DNA of 63,299 bases, the filler included, from Actinomycetales bacterium (lineage in GTDB: Bacteria; Actinomycetota; Actinomycetes; Actinomycetales; CAVURS01), in the NCBI GenBank assembly GCA_045807245.1. It is 4 parts of 4 records of this genome, joined end to end, with 100 filler letters (N's around TTAATTAATTAA, not from the genome) between each part and the next. Parts side by side here need not be neighbours in the genome. Positions count along the whole stretch, not along the records: positions 1 to 19,784 come from JBJMHS010000014.1; positions 19,885 to 27,931 come from JBJMHS010000017.1; 2 more parts are not named here. One strand, given 5' to 3'. The notes beneath the pieces are model-generated. The model was not told the origin of the DNA, did no database searches, and worked only from the letters and a program-made list of their open reading frames with translations. Of the stretch, positions 10,128 to 20,150 are shown in pieces (position 1 is the first letter of the stretch; every line of letters starts with the position of its first letter). Both the position numbers and the translations under genes were made by a program.

Positions 10128-10658
10128 ATGAGTACCGACACCGAGACTGCAGCCACTATCCGCGGCTGGTTCACCGGCCGGCTGCCTGAGGACTGGACCT
10201 CGGCCGGCGCACCCGAGGTCACGATCGACCGCGAGGAGATCACGGTCGTGCTGACCATCCCCGAGCCGCAGACCGCAGACGACGCGAGCGACGGCGAGCG
10301 GGCCTCGGCCCGGGCCGGGCGCATCCGCGGCTTCCGCGAGGACACCCGCGAGCGGCGCATCGAGCTGGCCCGCGAGGTGGAGCACCGCTACGACCGCAAG
10401 GTCGCCTGGGGCGTCCGCTCCGGCGACCGGCACGAGCTGTTCACCCACCTCGCCGTCCCGGTCATGACCCGGCTGCGCCAGCCCGAGCGCCAGGTGCTCG
10501 ACACCTTGGTCGAGTCCGGCGTGGCCCGCTCGCGGGCCCACGCGCTCGCCTGGTGCGTGCGCCTGACCGGCGAGCATGCCGAGGAGTGGCTGGACAAGCT
10601 GCGTACGGCGATGGAGCAGGTCCGCGAGGTCCGCGAGACCGGCCCGGACGTCGCCTGA
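10128..10658 (+). CDS. Conserved actinobacterial hypothetical protein, possible C-terminal ribbon-helix-helix
   Basis: Coding-like codon usage; PVMTRL...LDTLVESGVARSRAHALAWCV pattern. Confidence 0.7.
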   Translation: MSTDTETAATIRGWFTGRLPEDWTSAGAPEVTIDREEITVVLTIPEPQTADDASDGERASARAGRIRGFREDTRERRIELAREVEHRYDRKVAWGVRSGDRHELFTHLAVPVMTRLRQPERQVLDTLVESGVARSRAHALAWCVRLTGEHAEEWLDKLRTAMEQVREVRETGPDVA

Positions 10659-10671
10659 GAGGGAGGCACGG

Positions 10672-11382
10672 CTAGGCGGAGGGGTAGACCGCCAGCGAGA
10701 TTGCCACGTAGTGCGCGATGAACGCGGCGACCGTGCAGACGTGGAACACCTCGTGGAACCCGAACCAGCGCGGGCTCGGGTTGGGCCGCTTCACGCCGTA
10801 GACGACGGCGCCGGCGGTGTAGAGCGCCCCGCCGGCGGCGATCAGCACCAGCACGGCGACGCCGCCCCGGTGCAGGAACGCGGGGATGTAGAAGATCGCG
10901 ACCCAGCCGAGCGCGAGGTAGACCGGCGTGTACAGCCAGCGCGGGGCGCCCACCCACAGCACCCGGAACAGGACGCCGAGGATCGCGCCGACCCACACGA
11001 CCCACAGCAGCGTCCGCGCACTGTGCGACGGCAGCAGCGTGACGGCGAACGGCGTGTAGGTGCCGGCGATGATCAGGAAGATGTTCGAGTGGTCGAGCCG
11101 CTTCAGGATGCCGGTCCAGCGCGGCGACCAGGACCCGCGGTGGTAGAGCGCGCTGGTGCCGAACAGCAGCGCCGCGCTCAACGCGAACACCGCTGAGGCG
11201 AGCCGCGGGGCACCGCCGGGCGACAGGACGACGAGCACGACTCCGGCGGCGACGGCGAGCGGGAAGGTCCCCAGATGGATCCAGCCGCGCAGGCGGGGCT
11301 TGATCGCCGCCATGGCCGACTCGACGGCGGCTCCGACCGCTGTCTCCACCGCGTCGACGCGGCGCTCGATGCCGCCTTCCAT
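10672..11382 (-). CDS. Hemolysin III/PAQR family membrane protein (TrhA-like)
   Basis: PRLRGWIH, SALYH, LDHSNIFLIIAGTYTP, FHEVFH. Confidence 0.93.
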   Translation of the reverse strand: MEGGIERRVDAVETAVGAAVESAMAAIKPRLRGWIHLGTFPLAVAAGVVLVVLSPGGAPRLASAVFALSAALLFGTSALYHRGSWSPRWTGILKRLDHSNIFLIIAGTYTPFAVTLLPSHSARTLLWVVWVGAILGVLFRVLWVGAPRWLYTPVYLALGWVAIFYIPAFLHRGGVAVLVLIAAGGALYTAGAVVYGVKRPNPSPRWFGFHEVFHVCTVAAFIAHYVAISLAVYPSA

Positions 11383-11487
11383 ACCCCTAACTTACGTCAC
11401 CGTAGGTTCTCGACTTGAGCGGTTCGGCGAACTTTCCGTGAAGGGTCTGCGCAACCTGGCCCGCCCGGCGCCCGCTCCGGCGGTAGC

Positions 11488-12270
11488 GTGCCGACCGGAG
11501 GAGGCCATGTGCCGCTGACTGACCTGGTGTACACGGCGTACGCCCGCCGGATCGCCGCGCGGCTCGACCGCGCCGGAATGCCCAAGCACGTCGGGGTGAT
11601 CGTGGACGGCAACCGCCGGTGGGCTCGCGCGTCCGGAGCCGGTACGGCGCAAGGTCACCAGGCCGGGGCCGACAAGATCCTGCACCTGCTGGGCTGGTGC
11701 GAGGAGGTCGGGGTCGAGGTCGTCACCCTGTGGCTCCTGTCCACCGACAACCTCAACCGGCCCTCGGCCGAGCTGAGCGAGCTCGTGCACATCATCGAGG
11801 AGACCGTCGACGGCCTGGCCGCGACGGGGCGGTGGCGGCTGCAGCCCGTCGGCGCGCTCGACCTGCTCCCGACGGCGACGGCCGAGCGGCTCAAGCTGGC
11901 CGGCGAGGCGACGCGCGACGTCGAGGGCATCACCGTGAACGTCGCCGTGGGGTACGGCGGCCGGCGCGAGATCGCGGACGCCGTACGGTCCCTGCTTCAT
12001 CAGCACGCGGCGCGCGGTACGTCGATCGAGCAGCTCGCCGAGATCCTCGACGTCGAGCACATCGCCGAACACCTCTACACCGCAGGCCAACCCGATCCCG
12101 ACCTGGTCATCCGCACGTCAGGGGAGCAGCGGCTGTCCGGCTTCCTGCTCTGGCAGAGCGCCCACAGCGAGTTCTACTTCTGCGAGGCCTACTGGCCCGA
12201 CTTCCGCAAGATCGACTTCCTGCGGGCCATGCGGACGTACTCCGAGCGTGAGCGCCGATACGGCGGTTAG
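11488..12270 (+). CDS. cis-Prenyltransferase (short-chain Z-isoprenyl diphosphate synthase, Rv1086-like)
   Basis: HVGVIVDGNRRWA, LSTDNL, YGGRREI, PDLVIRTSGEQRLSGF; start may be GTG near 11509. Confidence 0.93.
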   Translation: MPTGGGHVPLTDLVYTAYARRIAARLDRAGMPKHVGVIVDGNRRWARASGAGTAQGHQAGADKILHLLGWCEEVGVEVVTLWLLSTDNLNRPSAELSELVHIIEETVDGLAATGRWRLQPVGALDLLPTATAERLKLAGEATRDVEGITVNVAVGYGGRREIADAVRSLLHQHAARGTSIEQLAEILDVEHIAEHLYTAGQPDPDLVIRTSGEQRLSGFLLWQSAHSEFYFCEAYWPDFRKIDFLRAMRTYSERERRYGG

Positions 12271-12408
12271 ACCGTTCGAGTGGTGACCCGCGCACGGCAG
12301 GGTGTAGTTCAGCTCGAGTACGGCGTGGCGTTGCTCGCCATTGCGCATCCTGGCCCGTAGCGTCGAAGCCATCATGGGGCCCGCCAGCCCCGCCAGGAGG
12401 CCCAGCTG

Positions 12409-13707
12409 ATGCAGCCCGCTCGCCGAACGTACGTCCTGGACACCTCAGTCCTGCTGTCCGATCCGCGAGCGCTCCTGCGCTTTGCCGAGCACGAGGTCGT
12501 GTTGCCGGTCGTGGTCGTGACCGAGCTCGAGGGCAAGCGCCATCATCCGGAGCTCGGCTACTTCGCGCGCCAGGCGTTGCGGTTGCTCGACGACATGCGG
12601 GTGCAGCACGGGCGGCTCGATGCGCCCATCCCGATCGGCGAGGACGGCGGCACGCTGCGGGTCGAGCTCAACCACACCGATGCCGAGGTGCTCCCGGCCG
12701 GGTTCCGGCTGGGCGACAACGACACCCGCATCCTGGCCGTGGCCAAGAACCTCGCCGCCGAGGGCTGTCACGTCACGTTGATCTCGAAGGACCTGCCGAT
12801 GCGGGTCAAGGCCTCGTCGGTCGGCATCGACGCGGAGGAGTACCGCGCGGAGCTCACGGTGGACTCTGGCTGGACCGGCATGGACGAGCTCGAGGTCACG
12901 GACGTCGAGATGCAGTCGCTGTACCACGACGGCACGGTCGAGCTCGATGCCGCTGCCGGCCTGCCGTGCCACACCGGTCTGGTGCTGATCTCCTCGCGCG
13001 GCAGCGGGCTGGGCCGGGTGCAGCCGGACAAGAAGGTCCGTCTGGTGCGGGGTGATCGCGACGCGTTCGGACTGCACGGGCGCAGCGCAGAGCAACGCAT
13101 CGCGCTGGATCTGTTGTTGGACGGCGATGTCGGCATCGTGAGCCTCGGCGGCCGTGCCGGTACCGGCAAGAGCGCCCTCGCCCTGTGCGCGGGACTCGAG
13201 GCCGTCCTGGAGCGCCGTCACCACCGCAAGGTCGTCGTGTTCCGCCCTCTGTACGCCGTCGGCGGCCAGGACCTGGGCTACCTGCCGGGCAGCGAGTCCG
13301 AGAAGATGAACCCCTGGGCCCAAGCCGTGTTCGACACGCTCGGGGCGCTCGTCTCACGCGAGGTGGTCGACGAGATCCTGGACCGCGAGATGCTCGAGGT
13401 CCTGCCGCTCACGCACATCCGCGGCCGATCCCTGCACGACGCCTTCGTCGTCGTCGACGAGGCCCAGTCGCTCGAGCGCAACGTGCTGCTCACCGTGCTG
13501 TCCCGGATCGGGCAGAACTCGAAGGTCGTGCTGACCCACGACGTGGCCCAGCGCGACAACCTGCGTGTGGGTCGGCACGACGGCGTGGCCGCCGTCATCG
13601 AGGCGCTCAAGGGTCACCCGCTGTTCGCGCACATCACCCTCACCCGCTCCGAGCGCAGCCCCATCGCGGCGCTGGTCACGGAGATGCTCGAGGGCATCGA
13701 CGTGTGA
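12409..13707 (+). CDS. phoH2: PIN-PhoH fusion protein
   Basis: N-terminal PIN domain (VLDTSV, DNDTRIL), Walker [17 protein letters not shown]. Confidence 0.93.
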   Translation: MQPARRTYVLDTSVLLSDPRALLRFAEHEVVLPVVVVTELEGKRHHPELGYFARQALRLLDDMRVQHGRLDAPIPIGEDGGTLRVELNHTDAEVLPAGFRLGDNDTRILAVAKNLAAEGCHVTLISKDLPMRVKASSVGIDAEEYRAELTVDSGWTGMDELEVTDVEMQSLYHDGTVELDAAAGLPCHTGLVLISSRGSGLGRVQPDKKVRLVRGDRDAFGLHGRSAEQRIALDLLLDGDVGIVSLGGRAGTGKSALALCAGLEAVLERRHHRKVVVFRPLYAVGGQDLGYLPGSESEKMNPWAQAVFDTLGALVSREVVDEILDREMLEVLPLTHIRGRSLHDAFVVVDEAQSLERNVLLTVLSRIGQNSKVVLTHDVAQRDNLRVGRHDGVAAVIEALKGHPLFAHITLTRSERSPIAALVTEMLEGIDV

Positions 13708-13881
13708 CGAGCCTCCCAGCGCGCGCCGGAGCACCGGGCGCGGCATAGCGTCTCATTCCCGGCACGCTCGACTTGTGCTTGTGCAGACAACCAGGCACGG
13801 TGGGACGCGAATCGCTCGACCGTGTGACCGGTCCGTCCCCCTCCCTTCCCCCGGGTCGGACCGTGCGCGGCCAACGAAAGG

Positions 13882-14499
13882 TTGTCTGTGCTCCTCCGAG
13901 CCGCCCTCGGGCGCCCGGCCCTCACCGGTGCGACTGCGCTGGCCCTCCTCAGCGCCACGACCGCCGCCGTGGCGGCGACCAGCCAGACCGGCCGGATCGT
14001 CGACCGGCTTGATGCCTCCGGCCCCTCAGTCGCCTCGGCTTCCGCCCAGGGCATCGCGCTGACGAAGTCGCCGTTCGGCGTCACCCAGGGCCGGCCCACC
14101 AGCCGGGTGTACGACGCGCTGCGGGCTGACATCCACGCCGAGCGGCTGGCTGACGCGCGCCGGACGGCGCGAGCGGCGCACCGGAAGGCTCTGCTGTCGA
14201 GGAACCCCAAGATCGTGGCCCGGGCGATGCTCGGCCGGTTCGGCTGGGGCGCCTCGCAGTTCTCCTGCCTGGACTCGCTGTGGACCCGCGAGTCGAAGTG
14301 GAACGTCCATGCGACCAACCCGACGTCCGGCGCCTACGGCATCCCCCAGGCGCTGCCGGGCACCAAGATGGCCTCGGCCGGTCCGGACTGGCGCAACAGC
14401 GCGATCACCCAGATCAGCTGGGGTCTGGGGTACATCCGCAACGTCTACGGCTCACCGTGCGGCGCATGGGGTCACAGCGAAGGCCACGGCTGGTACTGA
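13882..14499 (+). CDS. Secreted lytic transglycosylase-like protein
   Basis: Signal peptide; CLDSLWTRESKW, AYGIPQALP, WGLGYI..YGSPC; start TTG 13882 or GTG 13888 after GAAAGG. Confidence 0.85.
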   Translation: MSVLLRAALGRPALTGATALALLSATTAAVAATSQTGRIVDRLDASGPSVASASAQGIALTKSPFGVTQGRPTSRVYDALRADIHAERLADARRTARAAHRKALLSRNPKIVARAMLGRFGWGASQFSCLDSLWTRESKWNVHATNPTSGAYGIPQALPGTKMASAGPDWRNSAITQISWGLGYIRNVYGSPCGAWGHSEGHGWY

Positions 14500-14500
14500 C

Positions 14501-15109
14501 CTAGTTGGCGACCGTGAAGCGCCGACGAGAGTGCGCCGGCTGCTCGATCTCGTCCACCAGTGCGACCGCGTAGTCCTCGGCCGAGACGGAGTCCCCGACC
14601 GGCGAGTCCGCACCGAGCGTGAACCGGCCGGTGCGCTCCCCGGGCTGGATCACCGGCGCCGGCGACAGGCACGTCCAGTCGATGTCCTCGCCGAGGCCAC
14701 GCAGGAAGTCCAGCGCTTCGGCGGCGATGAGGGCCTCGGCCCGGTAGATCTCGGGGAAGCCGGGCTGGTCGACCAGACGCCCACCTGAGACCTCCAAGGA
14801 GCCGGCCCCGCCGACGACGGCCAGGCGGGCGTCGCCCAGGGTCTCCACCAGGGTGCGGAGCTGGGCCAGGAACTCGCGCCGGTCGCCGCCGGTGCGGCTG
14901 GGCCCGATCGCCGACACGACGACGTCCACGTCCGTGGCGATGCCCTTGGCGAACGCGGGGTCGCCCGCGTCACCGACCACCGTCTCTGCTCCGGCCGGTA
15001 CGCCGCCACCGGACCGGTGGATGCCCACGACCTCGACGCCGCGGGCGAGTGCCTCGGCGACGACCCGGCTGCCGATCATGCCGGTCGCCCCGTAAACCGC
15101 GATCTTCAT
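14501..15109 (-). CDS. NAD(P)-dependent oxidoreductase (flavin reductase-like)
   Basis: GATGMIG Rossmann motif, VGGAGSL, WTCLSP, SAEDYAVA. Confidence 0.88.
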   Translation of the reverse strand: MKIAVYGATGMIGSRVVAEALARGVEVVGIHRSGGGVPAGAETVVGDAGDPAFAKGIATDVDVVVSAIGPSRTGGDRREFLAQLRTLVETLGDARLAVVGGAGSLEVSGGRLVDQPGFPEIYRAEALIAAEALDFLRGLGEDIDWTCLSPAPVIQPGERTGRFTLGADSPVGDSVSAEDYAVALVDEIEQPAHSRRRFTVAN

Positions 15110-15176
15110 GTCTGTCTGCTCCTCCGTTGGGTGGCTGGGCCCTGGGGCCCGGCGTCTCTTGCTGCCGGCCATGACG

Positions 15177-15217
15177 GTAACCAGTGGTTACTGAGTACTT
15201 CAACGTGCTATAAGTAC
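15177..15217. promoter_or_regulatory. Putative HxlR operator(s)
   Basis: GTAACCA-G-TGGTTAC (15177-15191) and GTACTT-N11-AAGTAC (15195-15217) inverted repeats in an AT-rich divergent gap. Confidence 0.6.
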
Positions 15218-15220
15218 CTG

Positions 15221-15643
15221 ATGGTTACTGAAGGAGTGCCCCAGCTGTTCAGGCGGCTACGCGGGAAGCGCGTGGAGAGCGATCAGGGAGACCTGTTCGA
15301 CCCCGACTGCCCCACGCGCCTGGTGCTGGACCGGATCGGGGACAAGTGGACCGTGCTCGTGGTCCTGCTGCTCAGCGACGGCGCCCTGCGCTTCTCCGAG
15401 CTCCGCCGGCTGCTCGGCCGGGTCGCGCCCAAGGTGCTGACCCAGACCCTGCGTCGCATGGAGCGCGACGGCCTGGTCAGCCGGGAGGTGTTCGCCGAGG
15501 TGCCGCCTCGGGTCGACTACGCGCTCACCGACCTCGGGCAGTCCCTCATCCGGCCGATCGCCGTGGTCGGTGAGTGGGCCGAGGTCCACGTCAACCTGAT
15601 CACGCGCGCCCAGACCGACTACGACGAGGCACGAGGCGCCTAG
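15221..15643 (+). CDS. HxlR/QorR-family redox-sensing transcriptional regulator
   Basis: CP..LVLDRIGDKW, LRFSEL, LTQTLRRMERDGLV, PPRVDYALT; divergent from the oxidoreductase. Confidence 0.9.
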   Translation: MVTEGVPQLFRRLRGKRVESDQGDLFDPDCPTRLVLDRIGDKWTVLVVLLLSDGALRFSELRRLLGRVAPKVLTQTLRRMERDGLVSREVFAEVPPRVDYALTDLGQSLIRPIAVVGEWAEVHVNLITRAQTDYDEARGA

Positions 15644-15653
15644 CCAGAAAGGG

Positions 15654-17075
15654 TTACTCGGCGTCAGGTGACTTCGTCATCGCGAGCACGTCGAGGCTCG
15701 CGTCGAGCTGCTCCTCGGTGATCTCGCCCCGCTCCACATAGCCCAGGTCGATGACCGTCTGCCGGATCGTTTTCCCTTCCGCCACAGCGGCTTTCGCCAC
15801 CTTCGCCGCCGCCTCATAGCCGATGACCCGGTTGAGGGGCGTCACGATCGAGGGCGACCGTTCGGCCAGCTCGCGACATCGCTCGACGTCCGCCTCGATG
15901 CCGTCGACGCAGCGCGTGGCGAGTAGCCGGCTCGCGGCCGCGAGCAGCCGGATCGACTCGAGCACGTTGCGGGCGATGACCGGGAGCATCACGTTGAGCT
16001 CGAAGTTGCCGATCGCCCCGGCGAACGCCACTGCCGCGTCGTTGCCGATGACCTGGGCGCACACCATGGTCGTGGCCTCGGGGATGACCGGGTTGACCTT
16101 GCCCGGCATGATGCTCGACCCGGGCTGGAGGTCGGGCAGCCGGATCTCGCCCAGGCCGGCCAGCGGGCCGGAGCCCATCCACCGCAGGTCGGTGCAGATC
16201 TTGGTCAGCCCCACGGCGATCGTTCGCAGCTGGCCGGAGAGCTCGACCAGGGAGTCCTGCGTCCCCTGCGCCTCGAAGTGGTTCCGGGCCTCGGTCAGCG
16301 GCAGACCTGTGTCGCGCGCGAGCTCGGCGATCACGTCCTTCGCGAAGCCGCGCGGGGCGTTGATCCCCGTGCCGACGGCCGTGCCGCCGAGGGGCAGCTC
16401 CGCGACGCGCGGAAGGGTGGCCTGGAGACGCTCCACGCCGTACCCGACCTGCGCGGCATACCCGCCGAACTCCTGGCCGAGGGTCACCGGCGTCGCGTCC
16501 ATGAGGTGCGTGCGGCCGGACTTCACGATGTCTGCGAACTGGGACTCCTTGCGCCGCAACGAGCTGGCCAGCAGCTCCAGGGCCGGCACCAGGTCGTCGA
16601 CGACTCCGGAGACCGCCGCGATGTGGATGCTGGTCGGGAACGTGTCGTTGCTGGACTGCGAGGCGTTGACGTGGTCGTTCGGGTGCACGTCACGGCCCAG
16701 CAGCTCGCTGGCCAGGCTCGCGATCACCTCGTTGGCGTTCATGTTGCTGGATGTGCCCGAGCCGGTCTGGAAGACGTCGATCGGGAACTCGGCGTCCCAC
16801 TCGCCGCGGGCGACGTCGCGGGCTGCGGCCTCGATGCTCCGGGCCATCTCCCCGTCGACCACGCCCAGACCGGCGTTCACCTTCGCCGCGGCCGCCTTGA
16901 TCCGGGCGATGGCGTGGATGTGCGCCGGTTCCAGCGGGCGGCCGGAGATCGGGAAGTTCTCGACGGCTCGCTGGGTCTGGGCCCGCCACTTGGCCCGGGC
17001 GGGCACCCGCACCTCGCCCATGGTGTCGTGCTCGACCCGGAACTCGCCGTCCGCCGTGCCTGGCTGGTCGCTCAT
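15654..17075 (-). CDS. fumC: Class II fumarate hydratase
   Basis: [32 protein letters not shown]. Confidence 0.96.
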   Translation of the reverse strand: MSDQPGTADGEFRVEHDTMGEVRVPARAKWRAQTQRAVENFPISGRPLEPAHIHAIARIKAAAAKVNAGLGVVDGEMARSIEAAARDVARGEWDAEFPIDVFQTGSGTSSNMNANEVIASLASELLGRDVHPNDHVNASQSSNDTFPTSIHIAAVSGVVDDLVPALELLASSLRRKESQFADIVKSGRTHLMDATPVTLGQEFGGYAAQVGYGVERLQATLPRVAELPLGGTAVGTGINAPRGFAKDVIAELARDTGLPLTEARNHFEAQGTQDSLVELSGQLRTIAVGLTKICTDLRWMGSGPLAGLGEIRLPDLQPGSSIMPGKVNPVIPEATTMVCAQVIGNDAAVAFAGAIGNFELNVMLPVIARNVLESIRLLAAASRLLATRCVDGIEADVERCRELAERSPSIVTPLNRVIGYEAAAKVAKAAVAEGKTIRQTVIDLGYVERGEITEEQLDASLDVLAMTKSPDAE

Positions 17076-17770
17076 GCGTCCATGATGCCCGCGAGGTAGA
17101 GGACGTACTCGAACGACCGGCCCTCCCGCCGTACGGGCAGCGTCACGACCTCGACCTCGGTGCCGATCGCGTGGAGGCGCGACTCGAGGTCGGCCGACGG
17201 CTCCGCGGACCAGACGGACAAGCGGCCACCGGGCCGCAGAGCGCGTACGGCGGATCTCAGCGCGGGTACGTCGTAGAGCGACGAGTTCTCTTGGTGCAGC
17301 AGGAAGTCCGGACCGTTGTCGACGTCGAGGAGTACGGCGTCGGCCGACTCAGCGGGCAGCCGAGCCAGGTGCTCGACGACGTCTCCCACGCAGACCCGCA
17401 CCCGCGGGTCGTCAAGGACCGCAGCCGCCGGCCCGACCAGTCCGGCGCGAACCCAGCCGACCAGCGCCGGCTCGACCTCCACCACCTCGACGCTGGTGAC
17501 GCGGCGGTCGGCCAGCAGCTCGCGCAACGTGTAGCCGAGGCCGAGGCCGCCCACCACGACGTGCCAGTCCCGGCCGCTCAACCGCGCGAGCGTCTCCGAC
17601 GCGAGCGCCAGCTCGCTCGAGACCTGGACCGTGTCCATGGCGAAGACGCCGTTCACGATGAGCTCGTAGCCCTCCGTCCCACCAGGTCCGGCACCGGGCC
17701 GCGTCCGCAGGACGATCTCGCCGCCACCGGCGGCCGGTCCGCGGGCGATGGTGACTGCAGGGTCGCTCAC
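17072..17770 (-). CDS. Spermidine synthase-like SAM-dependent protein
   Basis: [30 protein letters not shown] start overlaps the upstream stop. Confidence 0.82.
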   Translation of the reverse strand: MSDPAVTIARGPAAGGGEIVLRTRPGAGPGGTEGYELIVNGVFAMDTVQVSSELALASETLARLSGRDWHVVVGGLGLGYTLRELLADRRVTSVEVVEVEPALVGWVRAGLVGPAAAVLDDPRVRVCVGDVVEHLARLPAESADAVLLDVDNGPDFLLHQENSSLYDVPALRSAVRALRPGGRLSVWSAEPSADLESRLHAIGTEVEVVTLPVRREGRSFEYVLYLAGIMDA

Positions 17771-18495
17771 GACCCGCCGGCGACGCCGATGTCGCCGGCC
17801 GAGTCGACGATCCGCGCCTGACCGTCGGCGAGGTCGTAGACCAGGCCGACGATCGCACAGCGACCCTCCGCCACCGCGTCGCCGATCACCCGTGAGCGTT
17901 CCATGAGCAGCCGCCCGGTCTGGCGGACATGCTCGGCCTCGATGTCGTCGGTCCCGAGCAGGCCGGCCTGGCGCGCGGCCAGGACGCTCGGGGTCACCCG
18001 TTCGACCAGGTCGCGCAGGTAGCCGCCCGGCATCGGGCCCGTGTCTAGGGCCTCGACCGTCGCAGCGACCGCGCCGCACGAGTCGTGACCGAGGACGCCC
18101 ACGAGCGGGATGTCGAGCACCTGCACGCCGTACTCGATGGAGCCGAGCACTCCCGCGTCGACGACGTGGCCGGCCGTCCGCACGATGAACAGGTCGCCGA
18201 GGCCCTGGTCGAAGATGATCTCGGCCGCGACCCGCGAGTCGGCACAGCCGAAGATCAGCGCGAACGGCCGCTGACCGGCGGCCAGCTGGTTGCGGGTGGC
18301 CGCGTCCTGGTTGGGGTGCAGGTGCGTTCCCTCGACGAACCGGCGGTTGCCGGCGGCGAGCTCGGCCCAGGCGTCCGCGGGGTCCTGCGGCCGGGGGGAA
18401 TGGGTGGGACCGTCGTCCGGACCGGTGGGCAGCTGGTCCTCGTACCGGAACTCAGGTGATGGCACGTCCCCGAGGATAGGCGGCAGGGGCCTCAC
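17767..18495 (-). CDS. Beta-class carbonic anhydrase
   Basis: GCADSRV and GHDSCGA Zn motifs, RTAG, GSIEY. Confidence 0.93.
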   Translation of the reverse strand: MRPLPPILGDVPSPEFRYEDQLPTGPDDGPTHSPRPQDPADAWAELAAGNRRFVEGTHLHPNQDAATRNQLAAGQRPFALIFGCADSRVAAEIIFDQGLGDLFIVRTAGHVVDAGVLGSIEYGVQVLDIPLVGVLGHDSCGAVAATVEALDTGPMPGGYLRDLVERVTPSVLAARQAGLLGTDDIEAEHVRQTGRLLMERSRVIGDAVAEGRCAIVGLVYDLADGQARIVDSAGDIGVAGGS

Positions 18496-19421
18496 AGCTC
18501 GTTGCGGTACGGCGGGTCGGCGCCCGGCCGTGAGCAGGTGATGGCCGCCACGTGGATGGCCCGGTCGAGTGCGGGGCGTACGGCCTCGGTGTCGGCCTTG
18601 CCGAGGGCGGCGCGGCCGTCCGGGCCGCCGAGCAGCCCGGCGTCGAGCAGCCCGGAGATCAACGCACCCATGAAGGAGTCGCCGGCACCGACCGTGTCGA
18701 CGACGGCCACCGGCTGGGGCGGCACGCCGAACAGCTCACCACCGACCAGCGCGCGGGCCCCTTCGCCGCCGAGGGTGCAGACGACGAACGAGGGACCCAG
18801 TGACGCGAAGCGCTGCAGCACCTCGTCGACCGGCGTGCCCGCGTACATCCAGGCCAGGTCCTCGTCGCTGGCCTTGACGACGTCGGACCGGGCGACCAGC
18901 GCCTCGACCAGGTCGCGATGCTGTCCTGGCGAGCCCAGGATCGCCGGTCGGAAGTTCGGGTCGTAGGACACGGTGGCCTGACCCCGGGCCTCCGCGACGA
19001 TCCGCCCGACCTGCGTCGCGCCCGGCTCGAGGGCCGTCGCGATCGAGCCGACGTGGACGTGCATAGCCGCACCAGGGCCGAGCGTCGGGGGCAGGTCCCA
19101 GGCCAGGTCGAACGTGTACGTCGCGACTCCCGCTTGGTCGAGCGTGGCCGTGGCGGTCGAGGTGCGCCCCGCCGAGTCCGAGCCCTCAGCCAGGCGGACG
19201 CCGTCGCGCTCCAGGTGCGCCCGCACCTTGGCGCCCCGCTCGTCGCGCCCGAACGAGGTTGCCAGCTCGACGTCGTGACCCAGCCGGGCCAGTCCGATGG
19301 CGACGTTCGCCGGGCTGCCACCGACATGCTCGCGCACCGTGCCGTCCGGCGCGACGACGATGTCGACGAGTGCCTCGCCGACGACCAGGGTCAGCGCGCC
19401 ACCCGGTCCTGCCTCAGCCAT
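18492..19421 (-). CDS. PfkB-family carbohydrate kinase (fructokinase-like)
   Basis: GEALVD, GGSPANVA, YDPNFRP, DTVGAGDSF. Confidence 0.92.
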   Translation of the reverse strand: MAEAGPGGALTLVVGEALVDIVVAPDGTVREHVGGSPANVAIGLARLGHDVELATSFGRDERGAKVRAHLERDGVRLAEGSDSAGRTSTATATLDQAGVATYTFDLAWDLPPTLGPGAAMHVHVGSIATALEPGATQVGRIVAEARGQATVSYDPNFRPAILGSPGQHRDLVEALVARSDVVKASDEDLAWMYAGTPVDEVLQRFASLGPSFVVCTLGGEGARALVGGELFGVPPQPVAVVDTVGAGDSFMGALISGLLDAGLLGGPDGRAALGKADTEAVRPALDRAIHVAAITCSRPGADPPYRNEL

Positions 19422-19784
19422 CGCAGCACCTCCTCGGCATGCGTGTCGGGTGGGAAGACTGGGTACCAGACCCGCTCGATCCGCCCGTCCCTGACGAGGA
19501 GCGTGATCCGCCTCAGCAGGCGCTGGCCGGCGACCACCAGGGTGGGCAGGCCGATCGCGTCGGTGAGCGCGTGCTGCTCGTCGGAGAGAAGCGCGAACGG
19601 CAGGTGCAGCCGCTCGACCGCCTCGCGCTCGTACGCGGTGTCCTGGGTCGAGAGCCCGAGCACATCGGCGCCGACCGCCGCCAGCTCGGCGTGGTGGTCG
19701 CGGAACCCGCACGACTCCGGCGTGCAGCCACGCGCGCCGGGGATGCTGTCCCAGTCCTCCACCAGGGAGGGCTCGCCGGGAACG
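19391..19784 (-). CDS. BCP-like peroxiredoxin (5' truncated at the contig end)
   Basis: WDSIPGARGCTPESC, GLSTQ, LLSD, YPVFPP. Confidence 0.85.
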
Positions 19785-19884
19785 NNNNNNNNNNNNNNNN
19801 NNNNNNNNNNNNNNNNNNNNNNNNNNNNTTAATTAATTAANNNNNNNNNNNNNNNNNNNNNNNNNNNNNNNNNNNNNNNNNNNN
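19785..19884. other. Artificial contig linker
   Basis: N44-TTAATTAATTAA-N44, with stops in all six frames. Confidence 0.99.
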
Positions 19885-19910
19885 ACGCTGAAGTCGGTGT
19901 GCCAAAGGTC

Positions 19911-19940
19911 TTGACCTCGGCTCGAGACTCGGCTTAACGT
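19911..19940 (+). promoter_or_regulatory. Housekeeping-type promoter of nrdR-nrdJ
   Basis: TTGACC-N18-TAACGT. Confidence 0.6.
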
Positions 19941-19941
19941 A

Positions 19942-19989
19942 CCCCTACATCTAGTAGTTACACCGATGTTGTTCGCCCACATCTTGCGC
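19942..19989 (+). promoter_or_regulatory. Tandem NrdR boxes
   Basis: cccCtAcATcTaGtag (19942-19957) and cgcCcAcATcTtGcgc (19974-19989), 32 bp apart, just after the -10. Confidence 0.8.
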
Positions 19990-20150
19990 ACAGGCGAGAG
20001 GCCGTTATCCACGGCCTCGCGGGGTTCGTCCCCAGCCAGTCCACAGATGCGTCCCCAGGCGGGGGCCGGAAAGGCGCCGCCGAGCCGGGGTCCAGGGGGA
20101 GCAATACGGGGGCCGGGAGTGGTTGACACCACTGAGGAGGGAGGGGCCGC

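Noticed and set aside
12271..12408. Antitoxin gene upstream of phoH2
   Set aside because: No convincing plus-strand ORF with an RBS in the 138-bp gap
13708..13880. c-di-AMP (ydaO) riboswitch before the transglycosylase
   Set aside because: Hallmark GCUGAAUCC, GGGGAAC and CAGCUAAC segments are not present
19785..19884. TTAATTAATTAA flanked by Ns (also at 27932 and 57961) as a repeat or att site
   Set aside because: Identical synthetic contig linkers; truncated genes beside them are not pseudogenes
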